The notes below the pieces were generated by a model. It made no database searches, was not told the origin of the DNA, and saw only the letters and a program-made list of their open reading frames with translations. The position numbers and the translations under genes were made by a program. DNA of 64,000 bases. It comes from Toensbergia leucococca (Eukaryota). Of this stretch, positions 11,686-25,331 are shown one piece after another. The first letter of the stretch is position 1. Each line of letters begins with the position of its first letter. The DNA lies in the NCBI GenBank assembly GCA_022813965.1, contig JALDZS010000006.1:124001-188000 (forward strand), given 5' to 3'.

Positions 11686-14007
11686 ATGGCGTCTACAGTG
11701 GTGACCGCGTTCTTTGAGCTGCTAAGTGAGAGGCATTTTCCGAGACGAAGCCAGGCTATGATGCTAATTAATGGATTCTGGAAGAGCGAGAAGCAGAAGA
11801 TGCTGACCCCGAGGATGGTCAGTTACCCTGATATCGAAATGCTCGCCGTCAGAGCTGACATGCTACCATTACAGAGCCGGAAGCGGGCCAAAAGGAGATC
11901 TCCTCCTCTTGGGCCCTGTTCATCTTGATCATGCTGTTGATCATCGCGCTGTTCACGAGCTACATGTTACAGCGGAAGAAAATACAGGCCGTGCATGAAA
12001 CGGTAATATCCATATTCGCTGGTCGGTTACTCTCCAGATCCCAAGACTATATCTGGGATAAATCTTGCTGATCCAAGACAGGCATGGTAGTTGGACTCGT
12101 TATCAGGCTTTCCGATGGTCATTCCATCCAGACCACCGTTAGCTTCGACTACCAGACCTTCTTCAATCTACTCCTTCCGCCTATTATCCTCGCTTCTGGA
12201 TACGAATTGCACCAGGCGGGTTTTCCTATAGAGAATTCCGGACCTCGGATGGAATATTAACGATGTCATCAGGCAAACTTCTTCCGCAATATTGGCACGA
12301 TCTTGACTTTCGCTTTCGCGGGTACCTTCATCTCGGCAGTCGTCCTAGGATTGTTCTTATATTTGTTCACTCGGATACCTATTGATGGCTTTGATATTTC
12401 GTTCGTCGAGGCATTCTCGGTCGGAGCTACCCTTTCTGCCACGGATCCGGTGACTATCCTTGCCATATTCAACACATACAAGGTGGACCCGAAGCTGTAC
12501 ACCGTCATCTTCGGCGAATCTATTTTGAACGACGCTATCGCGATTGTCCTTTTTCAGACTGCGCAAAGATACAAGGATGGCGCTAAAGCGGGTTCCCTGA
12601 GTATCATGAGCTTCTTCGAGGCCATTGGTATTTTCCTACTCGTCTTCTTTGGCAGTATGTTGATCGGAGTTATCGTCGGCATTTTGACCGCTTTGGGTCT
12701 GAAATACACTCATGTCCGCCAAACCCCAAAGATTGAAAGCTGCTTGATAATCTTAATCGCATACGCTAGCTACTTCTTTGCCAACGGAGCATTAATGTCA
12801 GGTGGGTACTTTTGGTGAAATCCCTCCAATTTTGTACAATGATGCTAATATTTTTGAAGGAATTGTCAGCCTCCTATTCTGCGGGATCACTCTCAAGCAT
12901 TATGCGTATTATAACATGTCTCGTCGAACGCAACTAACGACAAAGTACCTATTTCAAGTTCTTGCCCAACTCTCTGAAAATTTTATCTTCATCTATCTAG
13001 GGTTGACTCTTTTCACAGAGGGAGAGCTTGTCTTTAAGCCTTTGTTCATCCTCATGACAGTTGTTGGAATTTGCGTAGCGCGATGGGCAGCAGTCTTCCC
13101 TCTATCTATGGTGATTAATTGGGTCATCCGATATCGCGCGAAGCGGCGTGGCAGGGAAGCGGCAGATGAGTTGCCGCATTCTTACCAGATGATGTTATTC
13201 TGGGCTGGGCTGCGTGGGGCTGTTGGTGTGGCACTCGCCGCAAGCCTGACTGGGCCTAATGGCAAAGCGTTACAGGCGACGGTCCTGGTGGTGGTGGTAC
13301 TGACGGTCATTATCTTTGGAGGCACGACAGCACGGATGCTAGAAATCATGGGTATTCGGACGGGAGTGGTGGAAGAAATTGACTCTGACGACGAGTTTGA
13401 TATCGAGACGGCTAGAAATGGGACATACTACAAACGGACTGGGAACGGGCTAGGCCATCGACCACAGCCTAGCGATCATGCATTACCGCTTGATACAGTC
13501 GACATACGCACGAACGGTCGGAACAGAGACCCAACTGGAAGTTACAGCAGTGGCAGTAGTCAAAGCCCTCCTGTAAGACCTACATCAGCGGCAGGGAGAA
13601 AGAATTCGTCGGTAAACAAGAAAGACTGGGATGCGGCTCAACAGAGATTGTTAAGGAGGGGTAGCAGAACACCCAGTGATGAGGAGGATCTATTATCTGA
13701 CAGTGATCTACCTCCATATGCTCGGACACCTTCGCCGAAAAGGAAGCCTTCGTCGCCATCTCGTGTTGATTTACATGGCGACGGAGGGCCTTCAAATTAC
13801 CAAGCACCGGTTGACCATGGACGGGAAGAGGCTGGCGAGCCTCCGTTAAGTGCAACCGGGGCGATCAGTCAGTTCTTTTCGAATACGTCAGACCAGCATG
13901 CAGCATGGTTCAAACAACTAGATGAAGGATTCATCAAACCGAAATTGCTGCTCGACCAAAGTGACAAAGGAGGTGGTGGGAATGGTGGTCATGGGGGTGG
14001 TGTATAG
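11686..14007 (+). CDS. NHX1: Endosomal/vacuolar Na+/H+ exchanger NHX1 (about 6 exons; one GC-AG intron at 12216-12272)
   Basis: AVHETVISIFAG, FFNLLLPPIILASGYELHQ|ANFFRNIG, SATDPVT, FGESILNDA, WAGLRGAVGVALA. Confidence 0.95.
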
Positions 14008-14836
14008 GTGACTTTTCCTGAGTTCAATCCTGTAAATGATACCAAATGGGGGCAGTCTTCAGTTTTCACCAAAAGGGGCGTTGAGGGACAATTGACAGGG
14101 AGTGGATGGCTACTTGGGCATAGAATCTTGTGCATGGTTTTTAGTTGACGATAATACCCAACTTTCGTGAAGTCTGTCAATCGGTTGTACTCGTACGCAA
14201 TAGATATCGACTGAGCTTGACTACAATTACAAGTTCATGACCCTTCAATCTCCGTCCCCCTTGTCGAATTCTGTCAGTTCCTTTGTTGGATTGAGCAGAG
14301 GATGGGTGACTTGATGACATTCACACTGAAGCCGAGCAAGATGTTCCTCATACAAACACATCTGTTTCCTTGTCAAGCCTTTTCTGCATGGTGCATTTCA
14401 ACCTTTCCAGGATTCTTTTCCATTCAATATTGTGGCTTGTGTTGTCTCGCTTGATCCTAGTGGCGATTGGTTGGAATGTCCGAGAGGCTTTCCCAAACAG
14501 TCAGATGACCAGTGAAAGTACTCTACTCGTACGACTACATAGTGAGTCCTGGGCTTGAAGAAGCGAAACAGAAGCAAGCTTAGCTGACTGACAATTCCTT
14601 GAATAGATTCACGGCCGACTGAAACATCGTGGCCTTCTCAACCTGCTGTCGTTTTGCGCTATGGCCCGTTACATATGCAAGTAATAACGATGACAAGAGG
14701 ACTGAGGGATCAGTCACTCCTCTCTTCCTTGCCAGCACTCCCAGGGACGGGAAGAAAGCCCATGGGTACAAATGGGTAGGAGCCGCTCTTTTTTTCCTCA
14801 CCTCTTGAATTTGTCATTTTAGTCTTGTAGGAAAAC

Positions 14837-15742
14837 ATGCAGAACAATTCCATCTTCCAAGCTCTTTTCTTGCTTTGGGCTGCGACTGCCGTACTCGCAG
14901 CCTGCAACCAGGACAACTGCTACCGCGCCCTGGCTGGACATTCAGCTTCCGCCTCAAGCTTCTGCGCTACCTACACTAAGACTGTAAAGACTGCCACTAC
15001 CTCTCTGCCAACATTTGCAAGCCCATGCTCAAGCAGTCCTGCCAAGATCACTTCGGCCTGCGAATGTGTCTTTACAACCACCACTACCACCACCACCACC
15101 ACAACGTCCTCACCCACCTGCACCCCGTCATCGATTATCAATAGCACTTTTCGCAACGGCGATTTCAATGCCGCTCCGTACGGACCAAGCCAGGTCGATA
15201 CCAGTCAGCCGCCTTGGTTCACTGCTACCGAGATCAACGCCACAATTGAGTACATAAGTACATCACCTCAGGGAGAAGCGTTAGTCCCCCTATCATTCTC
15301 CCTATATCCCACAAGCACAAATCTCTTACCTATATTCACTAGCGTCTTCTTCTTGAACGGCCAGTCCTATGGCGGCGGCCCAGGCTCTTATGGTGGTCCA
15401 GGCTCTTACGCACAAATCGAAAATCCCATCACAGTCTGCCAACTCACCAACTACGTAATCACCTTCCTGGCTTATCAGACCAACACGCAAAGCCAAGCCT
15501 GTGTCCTGGAAATTGGCTGGAGCTCCAGCAACTATGCCATCGTTGAACCTAGTCAACAAAATAACGAAACCACGGCTTACAGCTTTTCATTTGAGAGTAC
15601 GTATCTTGGTTCGGTGCCTGATAATCCGGATGGGACTTTCAATACCGACTTGAGTGTTTATGTCGCTTGTTATGGATACAAGGGACAGACACCCATGAAC
15701 GCTGATTTTGTGATTTGGGGCATCGAGATAGATCCTGCTTGA
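14837..15742 (+). CDS. Secreted Cys-containing protein: signal peptide, CNQDNCYRAL module, poly-Thr linker, beta-rich C-terminal domain; probable in-frame intron 15280-15342
   Basis: Hydrophobic N-terminus ending AVLA; ACNQDNCYRAL..ASSFCATY..C..ITSACEC module seen in fungal surface proteins; NGDF motif; GTTAGT..CTAG 63-nt candidate intron. Confidence 0.75.
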   Translation: MQNNSIFQALFLLWAATAVLAACNQDNCYRALAGHSASASSFCATYTKTVKTATTSLPTFASPCSSSPAKITSACECVFTTTTTTTTTTTSSPTCTPSSIINSTFRNGDFNAAPYGPSQVDTSQPPWFTATEINATIEYISTSPQGEALVPLSFSLYPTSTNLLPIFTSVFFLNGQSYGGGPGSYGGPGSYAQIENPITVCQLTNYVITFLAYQTNTQSQACVLEIGWSSSNYAIVEPSQQNNETTAYSFSFESTYLGSVPDNPDGTFNTDLSVYVACYGYKGQTPMNADFVIWGIEIDPA

Positions 15743-17561
15743 GGGCAGGAGAGGTGGGCTTCTATATGACGTTTGACTTCAGTTTTGTCGCGACGTGAAA
15801 ACCCGAAAGCGTTGTGACCTTTTCTTTAAAGTCCTACGGAAACAGAAATATGAGAACTGATATAATTGACTGCCATTTTGACAATGAAAAGTGTGGGTTT
15901 TCTCTATAATGCTGATCCTATTGAAGTTTGACGTTGAGCATCTGCTATGAAAGCGGTGATTTACCAAGTTCCATCTTCTTGAGGATTATATGTCGATTAG
16001 TCTCTATCTTGAACGTGCATGACCTTCAACACGATCAGATGCTCTGATGTGAAACCTTTTGGCCCATTTTGTCAATTCTCGGACTCTGAAAGGCACTCGT
16101 GGGAATGTTAACCCCTCATTTTGGAACATTCATATTCATGAGAAAATCAGTCTCTCTGCATTGATATGCTGGGTTTGAATTACTGAGTAATGAATCCACG
16201 TGGCAAAGGACGAGAAATTGAGAAGCGTACGAGTGATGCTATAAGATGTTGATTTGCCATTCTGTGTTTTGCTATGAGCAAAGTATCAAACGAAAAGCTT
16301 ACCGGTGCTAGTTGCGGTGTTGAGAAAGGAAAGCTCAAAGTGGACAAAGGATTAGGGGAGTGGAGTCGGAGTGAGAAAGAGGTGATCTCTTTCGGTTTTT
16401 CAAGAAGTAATGCAAGTAGCCTTCACTATTCTATTCGAATATGGGGAGGCTGAATATGATTTTTTTTGTTGATCAAGTTTAAAGCGGCGAGAAATCAAAG
16501 AATACAACGACAACATTTGGTATTTGGCAATTGGCATTCGGCGCCAAGGAAGATATGGTTTTTTCGTCTCCCGCACTCGATTGCGCTTCACCTCTTTTGG
16601 GTGCTCTCAGGGCGGCGTGCTCAGGACTAGGACTACGCAGAATTGTCAGACCATGATCAATGACTGCTATCCTCTACTCCCAACAACGTAAAAGCATATT
16701 CTCCATAGGAAGCTCGGATCAGACATAAAGAGATTTTAACTACCGATACTGTGCATTGTAGAGGGTTGACCCCCTTCCACGGGCCTGACAAGCTACTGAC
16801 GGCGTGGCTCTCGCTTACTGGACAGGGGGGAGGGGAGCAACGAAGGTTAATCGTTTGATCATCGGTCAGGAATGGCACAATCAGCCTTGATTTGCAACAT
16901 GCGACGCTGTTTGAGATGTATTGAGGAGCAACAATTCTCACAGTCAGCGTCGTGGGACGAAGGAGAATAGAAGAGCAATGGACGAAAATGCCATCATAAA
17001 CTGTCCCCAGTAGTGGTCGTAGTTACTTGCCTGTGGAAATGCATCCCGCTCCAAATTTAGAGTAGGAGACTGACATTCACTTATCACTTTGCACGGTGCA
17101 AGTAGCAATTATTACTCGCGTTCGGCCTCGATCAGACTAATCATCATCCCCATCATCATGAACCCAAGGATCCATCCCCTTTCTACCTCACCCCCTCCAC
17201 CTCATCGACGACATCATCGACGCCGCCATCTAGAGAAGTCACCTAACCACCAGATAGACACGCCTGACCACTATCATACAATATATCACTGCCCCCTACA
17301 ACTACCTTATCCACGCGTCTCCAACTAGTACGGTGACACCATCTTTTACCTTCGCTTTTTGCGACGAAAACGATCCCCAAGACCTCAAACCCATCACCAC
17401 TTTCAAAGTCAACGCGGATCCAAAACCGTCAAGCCAGATGCCTTCAAGTTAGCATATTCTCTTTCATACAAAAAGCCACTTCACACGACTAGCATCCGAG
17501 AGGATTGGCCGGCGTATGGCACATCTTCCGAATAGCACATCGCCGCTCTGAATGCGATAAA

Positions 17562-20500
17562 ATGTATCATAGTCCTGTGTTGCAGAGGTCTCCAACCGAG
17601 GAAGATGACCGACGGCGGGACAACATAAGTGGTGCAATTGTCAACCCCCAGCAGCTTCCGCAGTACAATGCGAGGTCACCCACACACTCACATTATTCGC
17701 CTTACTCTCCCACAAATGGTTTACATGCCCAACCAGCATATCCTCATTACTCCTCGCGCCCGTCGACTTCCGCCGCGCCCCAGCTGCCCTCAGCTATCAA
17801 TCAGAGTCCCCGGCTAGGGCCACCGCCTTCACCGACTTCTAATGGTCTGGCACACAGCAACCCAATGTACCCTTCGCGAGATCTGAATGGCTCCACCTTC
17901 TATGATCCGACATCAGAGCACCGTGATGGCCACACGAGCCGGAACCATTCTCAATATTCTACCCAATCGCCTGTTCAGGTAAGCCAGTCTTGTGTTTAGC
18001 TGATATGTCACCTTGAAGTCTCATACTAAACACCACTGTCTTGCAGAGTCGAGACCAAATCCTTTTTTCCGAAAATCATGTCGAACCTAGAACCTCTCGA
18101 AGCACGTACCACTCGCCAGTCGCCCCTCACTTTCCACAACACTCGCCTACGTTTGCCGTCTCACATACTCATCCCTCGAGCAGGATTGACTCGATTTCAC
18201 AATCACCAGCACACAGCGCTACTGATTCGCCAATTCTCCGACAAAGTAGCTCAAGCTTTTCCAAAACAGCAAACGGCTCGATAGATCGCTCTTTGTTGCA
18301 AGGCACCAGCCAGGGGGAGAATTACAAACAAGGGCAATCTGTATTCAAAGAGGAGCCAAAGCACACGAGGACTGCGGATCCTATGTCCTTTTCAAGCATT
18401 CTTTCAAGTAACGCAGGAGATCCGCCAAGGTTAACTCCACGCCCAGCGCCACCGCCGAAGCATTTTCGAAAATCGTCTGTGACACCTAATGGAGAAGTTG
18501 CCCCACTTGTGAAAGTTCCTCGAAAATTATCCTACAAGCCACCTTCATCGCCAGTTGATGAACAAGTCATGAAAAAGCGTAGTAACGAAGGGAATGACCA
18601 GTCTATCCCCGCAAAAAATGTTCACCATAAATTTCGCTCAACAATGTCTGACAAAGAGAATGAAAAGGTGAAAAAAGCCATCGCGGACATCGATGCAGCG
18701 CAGCACAGCGATTTGGAGTCGCCCGGATGGACAACAGCTAAGGGAAATTACACACAGCTTGGACAGAAACGACAGCTGGACATTGAGGATGCCGAAAGTA
18801 GCAAGCGCAAGGCAAGTGAAATACGTTGGGCAACATGTTTGTTCCAGCTAACCTATTTCGCAGCGTCGCCGCACGGCTACAGCAAAAATAGTCTCTTTAC
18901 AGCTAGGCATACACGCGGATGCTGGCAAAGATCGATTTAGACAACTTCACGAAACCCAAGCACTTGAGGAAGTTCAGCGAAAAGAGGTCCAGGACGAGAA
19001 GGAACGCAAAAAGGACATGCAGCGCAAACGTCGACGCGAGAAAACGATTCAGCAGGAGACTCAGAAACAGCTTGATGCAATCGAAAAGGCTCAGTTGGCA
19101 GCTGACCAGACCGAACGAGAAAGGTTCCTTAGAGAAGCCCAAAAGGCGGAGAAGAAAGCAAAGAGCACAAAGCGAATCCTAGAGAAAGGAGATGCTCCGG
19201 CCGAAGATTTACGGGAGGTCACGCCTCTGGCACCGAATCTTGAAGGTGGCACAATGAGCACGTTCCAGACAAGCACTCATCTTTCACCTGAGCCACCCAA
19301 GAAGAAAACCAAGGGACAGACAACGATCCGACCGAAGAAGACGAAAGAGAAAAAGCAGGCCGAGAAAGATGCTGCCGAGGCGGCGTACGCTGCTATGGAG
19401 AGAGAAGAGCTAGTCCTCATTGCTCCGAAAGAAGAAGGCCGACGAGAGACGCTTATGAGGGAAACCAAAGAGACCAGGCAACCTAAAGAAGCATCGCCAG
19501 CACCAATTCTCACCAATTACGCCTCTAAGGGATACATCCAGATTTACGAGCAGATCTGGAAAGACATTGCTCGTAAAGACATTCCTAAAGTATGCCGAAT
19601 CAAAGACAATTCGTTGTCAACGAAGCAATCGAACCTACGAAAAACCGCTCAGCTTGCAGCCAAAGAAGGTCGTCGGTGGCAACTACGAACGAACAAGGGA
19701 ACGAAAGATGTTCAGGCAAGGGCTAAGAGGAGCATGCGGGAGATGATGTCCTTTTGGAAGCGTAATGAAAGAGAGGAGCGCGATCTACGTAGAGTCGCTG
19801 AGAAACAGGAGCTTGAGAATGCGAAGAAAGCCGAAGCCGACCGAGAATCTAATAGACAGAAGCGGAAACTCAATTTTTTGATCTCACAAACCGAGCTGTA
19901 CTCCCATTTTATTGGCCGCAAGATTAAGACTGATGAGGTTGAGAGGTCTACAGACAGCGTGGACGTTGCTACGTCTACGGAGAAAGTACAGCCAGGTAAA
20001 GCAAGCGCTCACACCATCGGTCTACCGGATAGTCTAGGTGAAGTTGGTACTAAAGTGACAAACTTCGAGGACCTTGACTTTGACGCCGAAGACGAGACGG
20101 TCCTTAAACAAGCTGCTATGGCTAATGCGCAGAATGCTGTACAAGAAGCGCAGGATAGAGCCCGAGCTTTCAACGGCGAGGAAGGTCAACTTCAAGCACA
20201 GTTCGACGATGGAGAAATGAATTTCCAGAATCCCACCAGCTTGGGTGACGTTGACGTTTCTCAGCCCAAGATGTTGACGGCACAACTCAAAGAGTATCAG
20301 CTAAAGGGCCTCAATTGGCTCGTCAATTTATACGAACAAGGCATCAACGGCATTCTTGCGGATGAGATGGGACTGGGCAAGACAGTGCAGTCAATATCGG
20401 TCATGGCCTACCTTGCTGAGAAGCACAATATCTGGGGTCCATTCCTGGTCATTGCGCCATCCTCGACTCTACATAACTGGCAGCAGGAAATCGCAAGATT

Positions 20501-22961
20501 CGTACCAGACATCAAAGTCATTCCGTATTGGGGTAATGCCAAAGACCGGAAAGTACTTCGCAAATTCTGGGATCGTAAGCATATCACGTATACGAAGGAT
20601 TCGCCATTCCATGTTCTTGTAACATCTTACCAGCTGGTTGTTCACGATACTCAGTACTTCCAGAAGATTCGTTGGCAATACATGATTCTGGATGAGGCTC
20701 AAGCTATCAAGTCGTCGCAAAGTTCAAGATGGAAGAGCCTTCTAGGCTTCCATTGCCGGAACCGTCTTCTACTTACTGGAACACCAATCCAAAACAATAT
20801 GCAGGAACTCTGGGCTTTGTTGCATTTCATCATGCCCAGCCTGTTCGATTCTCACGATGAATTCAGCGATTGGTTCTCCAAAGATATCGAGAGCCATGCT
20901 CAAAGCAACACTAAGCTCAACGAAGATCAGCTCAAGCGATTGCACATGATATTGAAGCCTTTCATGTTACGCCGCATCAAGAAGCATGTGCAGAAAGAGC
21001 TTGGGGATAAGATTGAAGAAGATATCTTCTGTGATCTAACCTATCGACAACGTGCATACTATGGCAACCTACGGAACCGTATCAGTATTATGGATCTTAT
21101 CGAGAAAGCCGCAATAGGGGATGATCAGGATACTGCAACACTAATGAATTTGGTCATGCAATTCAGGAAAGTTTGCAATCATCCTGACTTATTCGAGAGG
21201 GCCGAGACCACTTCGCCATTCTCGCTGGCCCATTTCGCAGAAACCGCGTCTTTCCTGAGAGAGGGCCATAATATCAATGTGGGCTACTCGACGAGGAATC
21301 TGATTGAGTACGACCTGCCTCGACTTCTCTGTAGCCCTGAAGCCCGCATTGATATGGCTGGTCCTGGGAACGAAAAGGCTGGATTCAACGGCAAGTACTT
21401 GAGCCAACTTTTGAATATTTGGACTCCAGAGAACATTCAGAAAAATTCAAGTAGCACTGGCCCTTTCTCTTGGTTACGTTTTGCGAACACGTCTGCAGGT
21501 GAAGCCAACCAAGCTTCTCAGAGAGGTATACTTGAACGAGCCATCCTACATAGGAACCAAGTTCCGCGTCTTGCAAGGCTCGGCGTGCTTTACGACGGAG
21601 ACGAAGATTCGGGATTCACTCCGACGCACGCGTTGTTCAATATTGTTGACCGTAGTCGATTGCAACCAATTGCTTGTGCCACGTCTGAAAGACGGATGCT
21701 AGATCTTCTCAACGTCTCGAGGAACAAATTCGAAGAGATGGGTCTGAATCTTGTTGAGCAGTGCGCCAGGCCTGGCGCTTCAGCACCGCCAATTGAGATT
21801 GCTTGCTCAAATCAGGCATCGGGTGTCGAGAGCCAGAACACCATTTTCAATGTGGCGTTGCGAAAGGCGCTATATGGTGTCTCCGAAAAAGACGAACAAG
21901 CCCTCCTCGAAGCCAAAGTAGATCCTCAACTCCTTCCTGCTCATAGCTTGCTTCCAGCGCCACTGTCTCAAAAGGCTCGCTTTACAAACATTCAAGTGCC
22001 ATCTATGCGACGGTTTGTCACGGACTCTGGGAAACTTGCCAAGCTCGACGAGCTACTTCGCAACCTCAAGAATGGCGGTCATCGGGTTTTGCTCTACTTT
22101 CAGATGACCCGTATGATCGATCTCATGGAGGAATACCTTACCTATCGCAACTACAAGTACCTCCGGCTTGATGGTTCCACGAAATTGGAAGACCGAAGAG
22201 ATACAGTGCATGACTTTCAAACGAGACCAGACATCTTCATCTTCTTGCTATCCACACGAGCTGGTGGCTTGGGTATCAACCTTACATCTGCCGATACGGT
22301 CATATTTTACGACTCGGACTGGAATCCCACCATAGACTCGCAAGCAATGGATCGTGCTCATCGTCTTGGACAGACAAAGCAAGTTACAGTGTACCGTATG
22401 ATCACGCGCGGGACGATCGAAGAGCGAATTCGGAAGCGCGCTCTGCAGAAAGAAGAGGTACAGAAGGTGGTCATTTCCGGTGGCAGTGGCGCCGGTGTGG
22501 ATTTCAACACCAGGAGCCGCGAAAACCGCACCAAGGACATTGCTCTGTGGTTGGCGGACGACGAGCAGGCCGAGCTGATTGAGAAGAAAGAGAAAGAGGT
22601 GGCAGAGAAAGGAGACGAAGGAGCAAAGAAAGGAGGAAGGAAGTCCAAGCTTGCGGGAAAGAAGAAGGATGTCAGCTTGGATGACATGTATCACGAGGGT
22701 ACGTTTCCCTCCCTTCCCTCATATTTCCCTCCAATCTGAAGCAGTACTAACAATGCTACAGGGGAAGGCCACTTTGACGATGGCAGCAACAAAGCATCGG
22801 GAGCAGCGACTCCCATTGACGCTATCGAGTTGTCCGCTCCTGGCGGAGTGGGCAAGAAAGGCGCGGGCAAGGGGAAGGGTCTGTCGAAAAAGGCCAAGAC
22901 TGCTAAGCAGAGGCTGGCGATTGCGGATGCTGAGGGTGATCTCGGTATGGGTGCTGTGTAA
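17562..22961 (+). CDS. INO80: Chromatin-remodelling ATPase INO80; exons 17562-17978, 18047-18811, 18864-22698, 22762-22961
   Basis: DBINO domain ([19 protein letters not shown]), [16 protein letters not shown], long Snf2 insertion, [26 protein letters not shown]. Confidence 0.97.
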
Positions 22962-23398
22962 CACTAGTGTCTTTCCTTTTTCCTCGTCTGTCGAGGCTAT
23001 TAGAAGGGAGAGCGGGGATAGGCATAATGGGTGTTTTTGGTTGGTGTAGATTTACTTGTCTGTTTTGTTGGAGGGGGTGGGGTTGTTTGGTTTGATTTGA
23101 TTGTTTAGCCTAGATGTTTGGGAGAGGGGATGGTTTGTAAAATAGCTGAGCAGGCGGGGTTTGTGACGGTTTATGGAAGTGTGGAGTGTGTGCTGCTATT
23201 GCTGTTGCTGTTGTGATACCTATGTATGGCATTGGTGAGATTTAATGTTGGACGCCAAAATACCTCGTCCCCTTCCTGCCTTGGCCGGCTAATTTTGCGT
23301 CTGCCTTTCCGAGGATAAGTTGAGCATCCATTTAAACGTTTGTTCTATCATTTTTCCTCTTCCTCCCTTGCGGCCTCGAGGCTATGATGATGATGATG

Positions 23399-23422
23399 GA
23401 GTCTGGATACGAGTCTGGATAC
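23399..23422. repeat. Perfect 12 bp tandem repeat GAGTCTGGATAC x2 upstream of the P450
   Basis: Directly visible; preceded by a short (GAT)n run. Confidence 0.85.
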
Positions 23423-23531
23423 TAATCGGACCCTAGTCGACTACACGGGGCACAAATATTGTACCTGGCTGGGGGGTTCTTCTTCCTGCCTGCTCGCCTC
23501 AACGAACCAATCTTCAAGAAGACTTTGAGAG

Positions 23532-25331
23532 ATGGAGTCTTCTACTATGCGCCTCACCAATATTTGCTACGCTCTAGCAGTCGTCTTTGCTGTATCTGCG
23601 TCCGCCTTTTTCTTCAAGCTATACATTGTACGAAGCAAAACGCTCCAATTGCAAAGAAGCGGTCTGGTACGTGATCCTCTTGCTCCTCCATGCACGACAT
23701 GTTCAGGTGCATCGAACGAGTTTATCATGATTTAGGTAATGCCTCCATTACATCCAATACTTGGACACCTGCTTGTCTGCTATCATATTACCTCCAGACT
23801 TCCGAAAGATGCACACCCTCATTATCTTCCCGACCAGATCAGACGTGCAATGCCCGAACTAGGGCCTCTGTTCTATATAGATGCTTGGCCGTTTCTCACT
23901 CCTACTCTTGTTGTACTTTCTCCTTCTACCTTGCATCAGATCACCCAAGCCCATTCCCTTCCAAAGTTTCCAGCAATCCGGGATTTCCTGAAGCCTTTGA
24001 CAGATGGACGAGACATAGTTTCAATGGATGGTCAAGAATGGAAAACCTGGAGAAATGTTTTCAACCCTGGATTTAGCGCCAGTCATCTCATGACTTTGGT
24101 ACCTGAAATCGTTAAAGAAACTACTGTTTTCTGCACTTTACTCCGCGAGCACGCCCAAAAGAGAGATATATTCACAATGAAAAGCTTGACTGATAATTTG
24201 GCTGCAGACGTGATTGGCAGAGTTGTACTGTAAGAGACTTCTGACACCTTTCAAACATGAGCTCTTAACTCTATTAGGGACACAAACCTTGACTCGCAGC
24301 AGACGAATAACGAAATGGTGAAAGCACTTCGAGATCAAATGCGTTGGTTGACCTTCGGAGATGAAGGTTTCCCTCTCCGAAGATATCATCCACTACGGCC
24401 GTTTATTCTTGCGTATAATGCTTATCAGATGAATAAATATCTATCTCCATATGTAGATGCACGCTTTGCAATTCACTTGGACAAAGAGAGGACCAAGGCG
24501 GGCAGTCGCAATAAATCTGTGGTTGATCTTGCACTAACTGCTTATCTTGATGGAAAGGCAGGAGAAAGAAAAGCTCACGGAATGGATAGCGCATTCAAAG
24601 CTATGGTGATGAGCCAGATCAAGCTCTTCCTTTTCTCCGGCCTTGATACTACGAGTAGCTCTATCTGCTATATTTTCTACAACCTTTCAACTCACCCTTC
24701 CGTACTTGACCGTATCCGTGCTGAGCATGATCAAATTTTCGGCTCGGAAATCAGGCAAGCAGCCACGCTTATGTCGCGAGACCCGTATCTGCTGAACAAA
24801 ATTCCATACACGGCCGCAGTGATTAGAGAGACGCTGCGATTATTCCCTGCTGCGTCGACTACGCGGGCAGGCGAGCCTGGCTTCAATATCACAGACGCCA
24901 GAGGTCTTCAATATCCCACTAATGGGTATCTAATTTGGCTTGTTCCTCAAGCTATCCAACGTGACCCAGCTTTCTGGCCTCATCCTGATGAATTCCTTCC
25001 CGAGCGTTGGTTGGCATCGCCAAAGGAACCTTTGTACCCTGTTTCCGGCGCATGGCGTCCATTTGAGCATGGACCACGAAGCTGCATAGGGCAAGAACTA
25101 TCGATGATCGAGATGAAGATCGTCATGGTCTTGACGTTGAGAGAATTCGCCATCAGTGGCGTGTACGAGGAGCTGGATCAGCTGAAAGCAGAGGCGCGGA
25201 TTCCGGATTCTCAGCCTGCCCTCAAAACGGGGAAGCGCCCGAGAACTGTGGATGGAGAACGGGCGTATCAAATTGGGCTTGGACAGCCGAGTGGCAACCT
25301 CCCGTGCAGGGTCAGCATTCTAGCTGGGTAA
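23532..25331 (+). CDS. Cytochrome P450, StcS/AflN (CYP59)-like; exons 23532-23666, 23736-24229, 24278-25331
   Basis: N-terminal TM anchor, MPPLHPILGHL, FLFSGLDTTSS (I-helix), ETLR, PERW, PFEHGPRSCIG heme motif. Confidence 0.92.

Noticed and set aside
17089..17328. Possible uORF upstream of INO80
   Set aside because: Low-complexity C-rich leader; no evidence for transcription start position or conservation.
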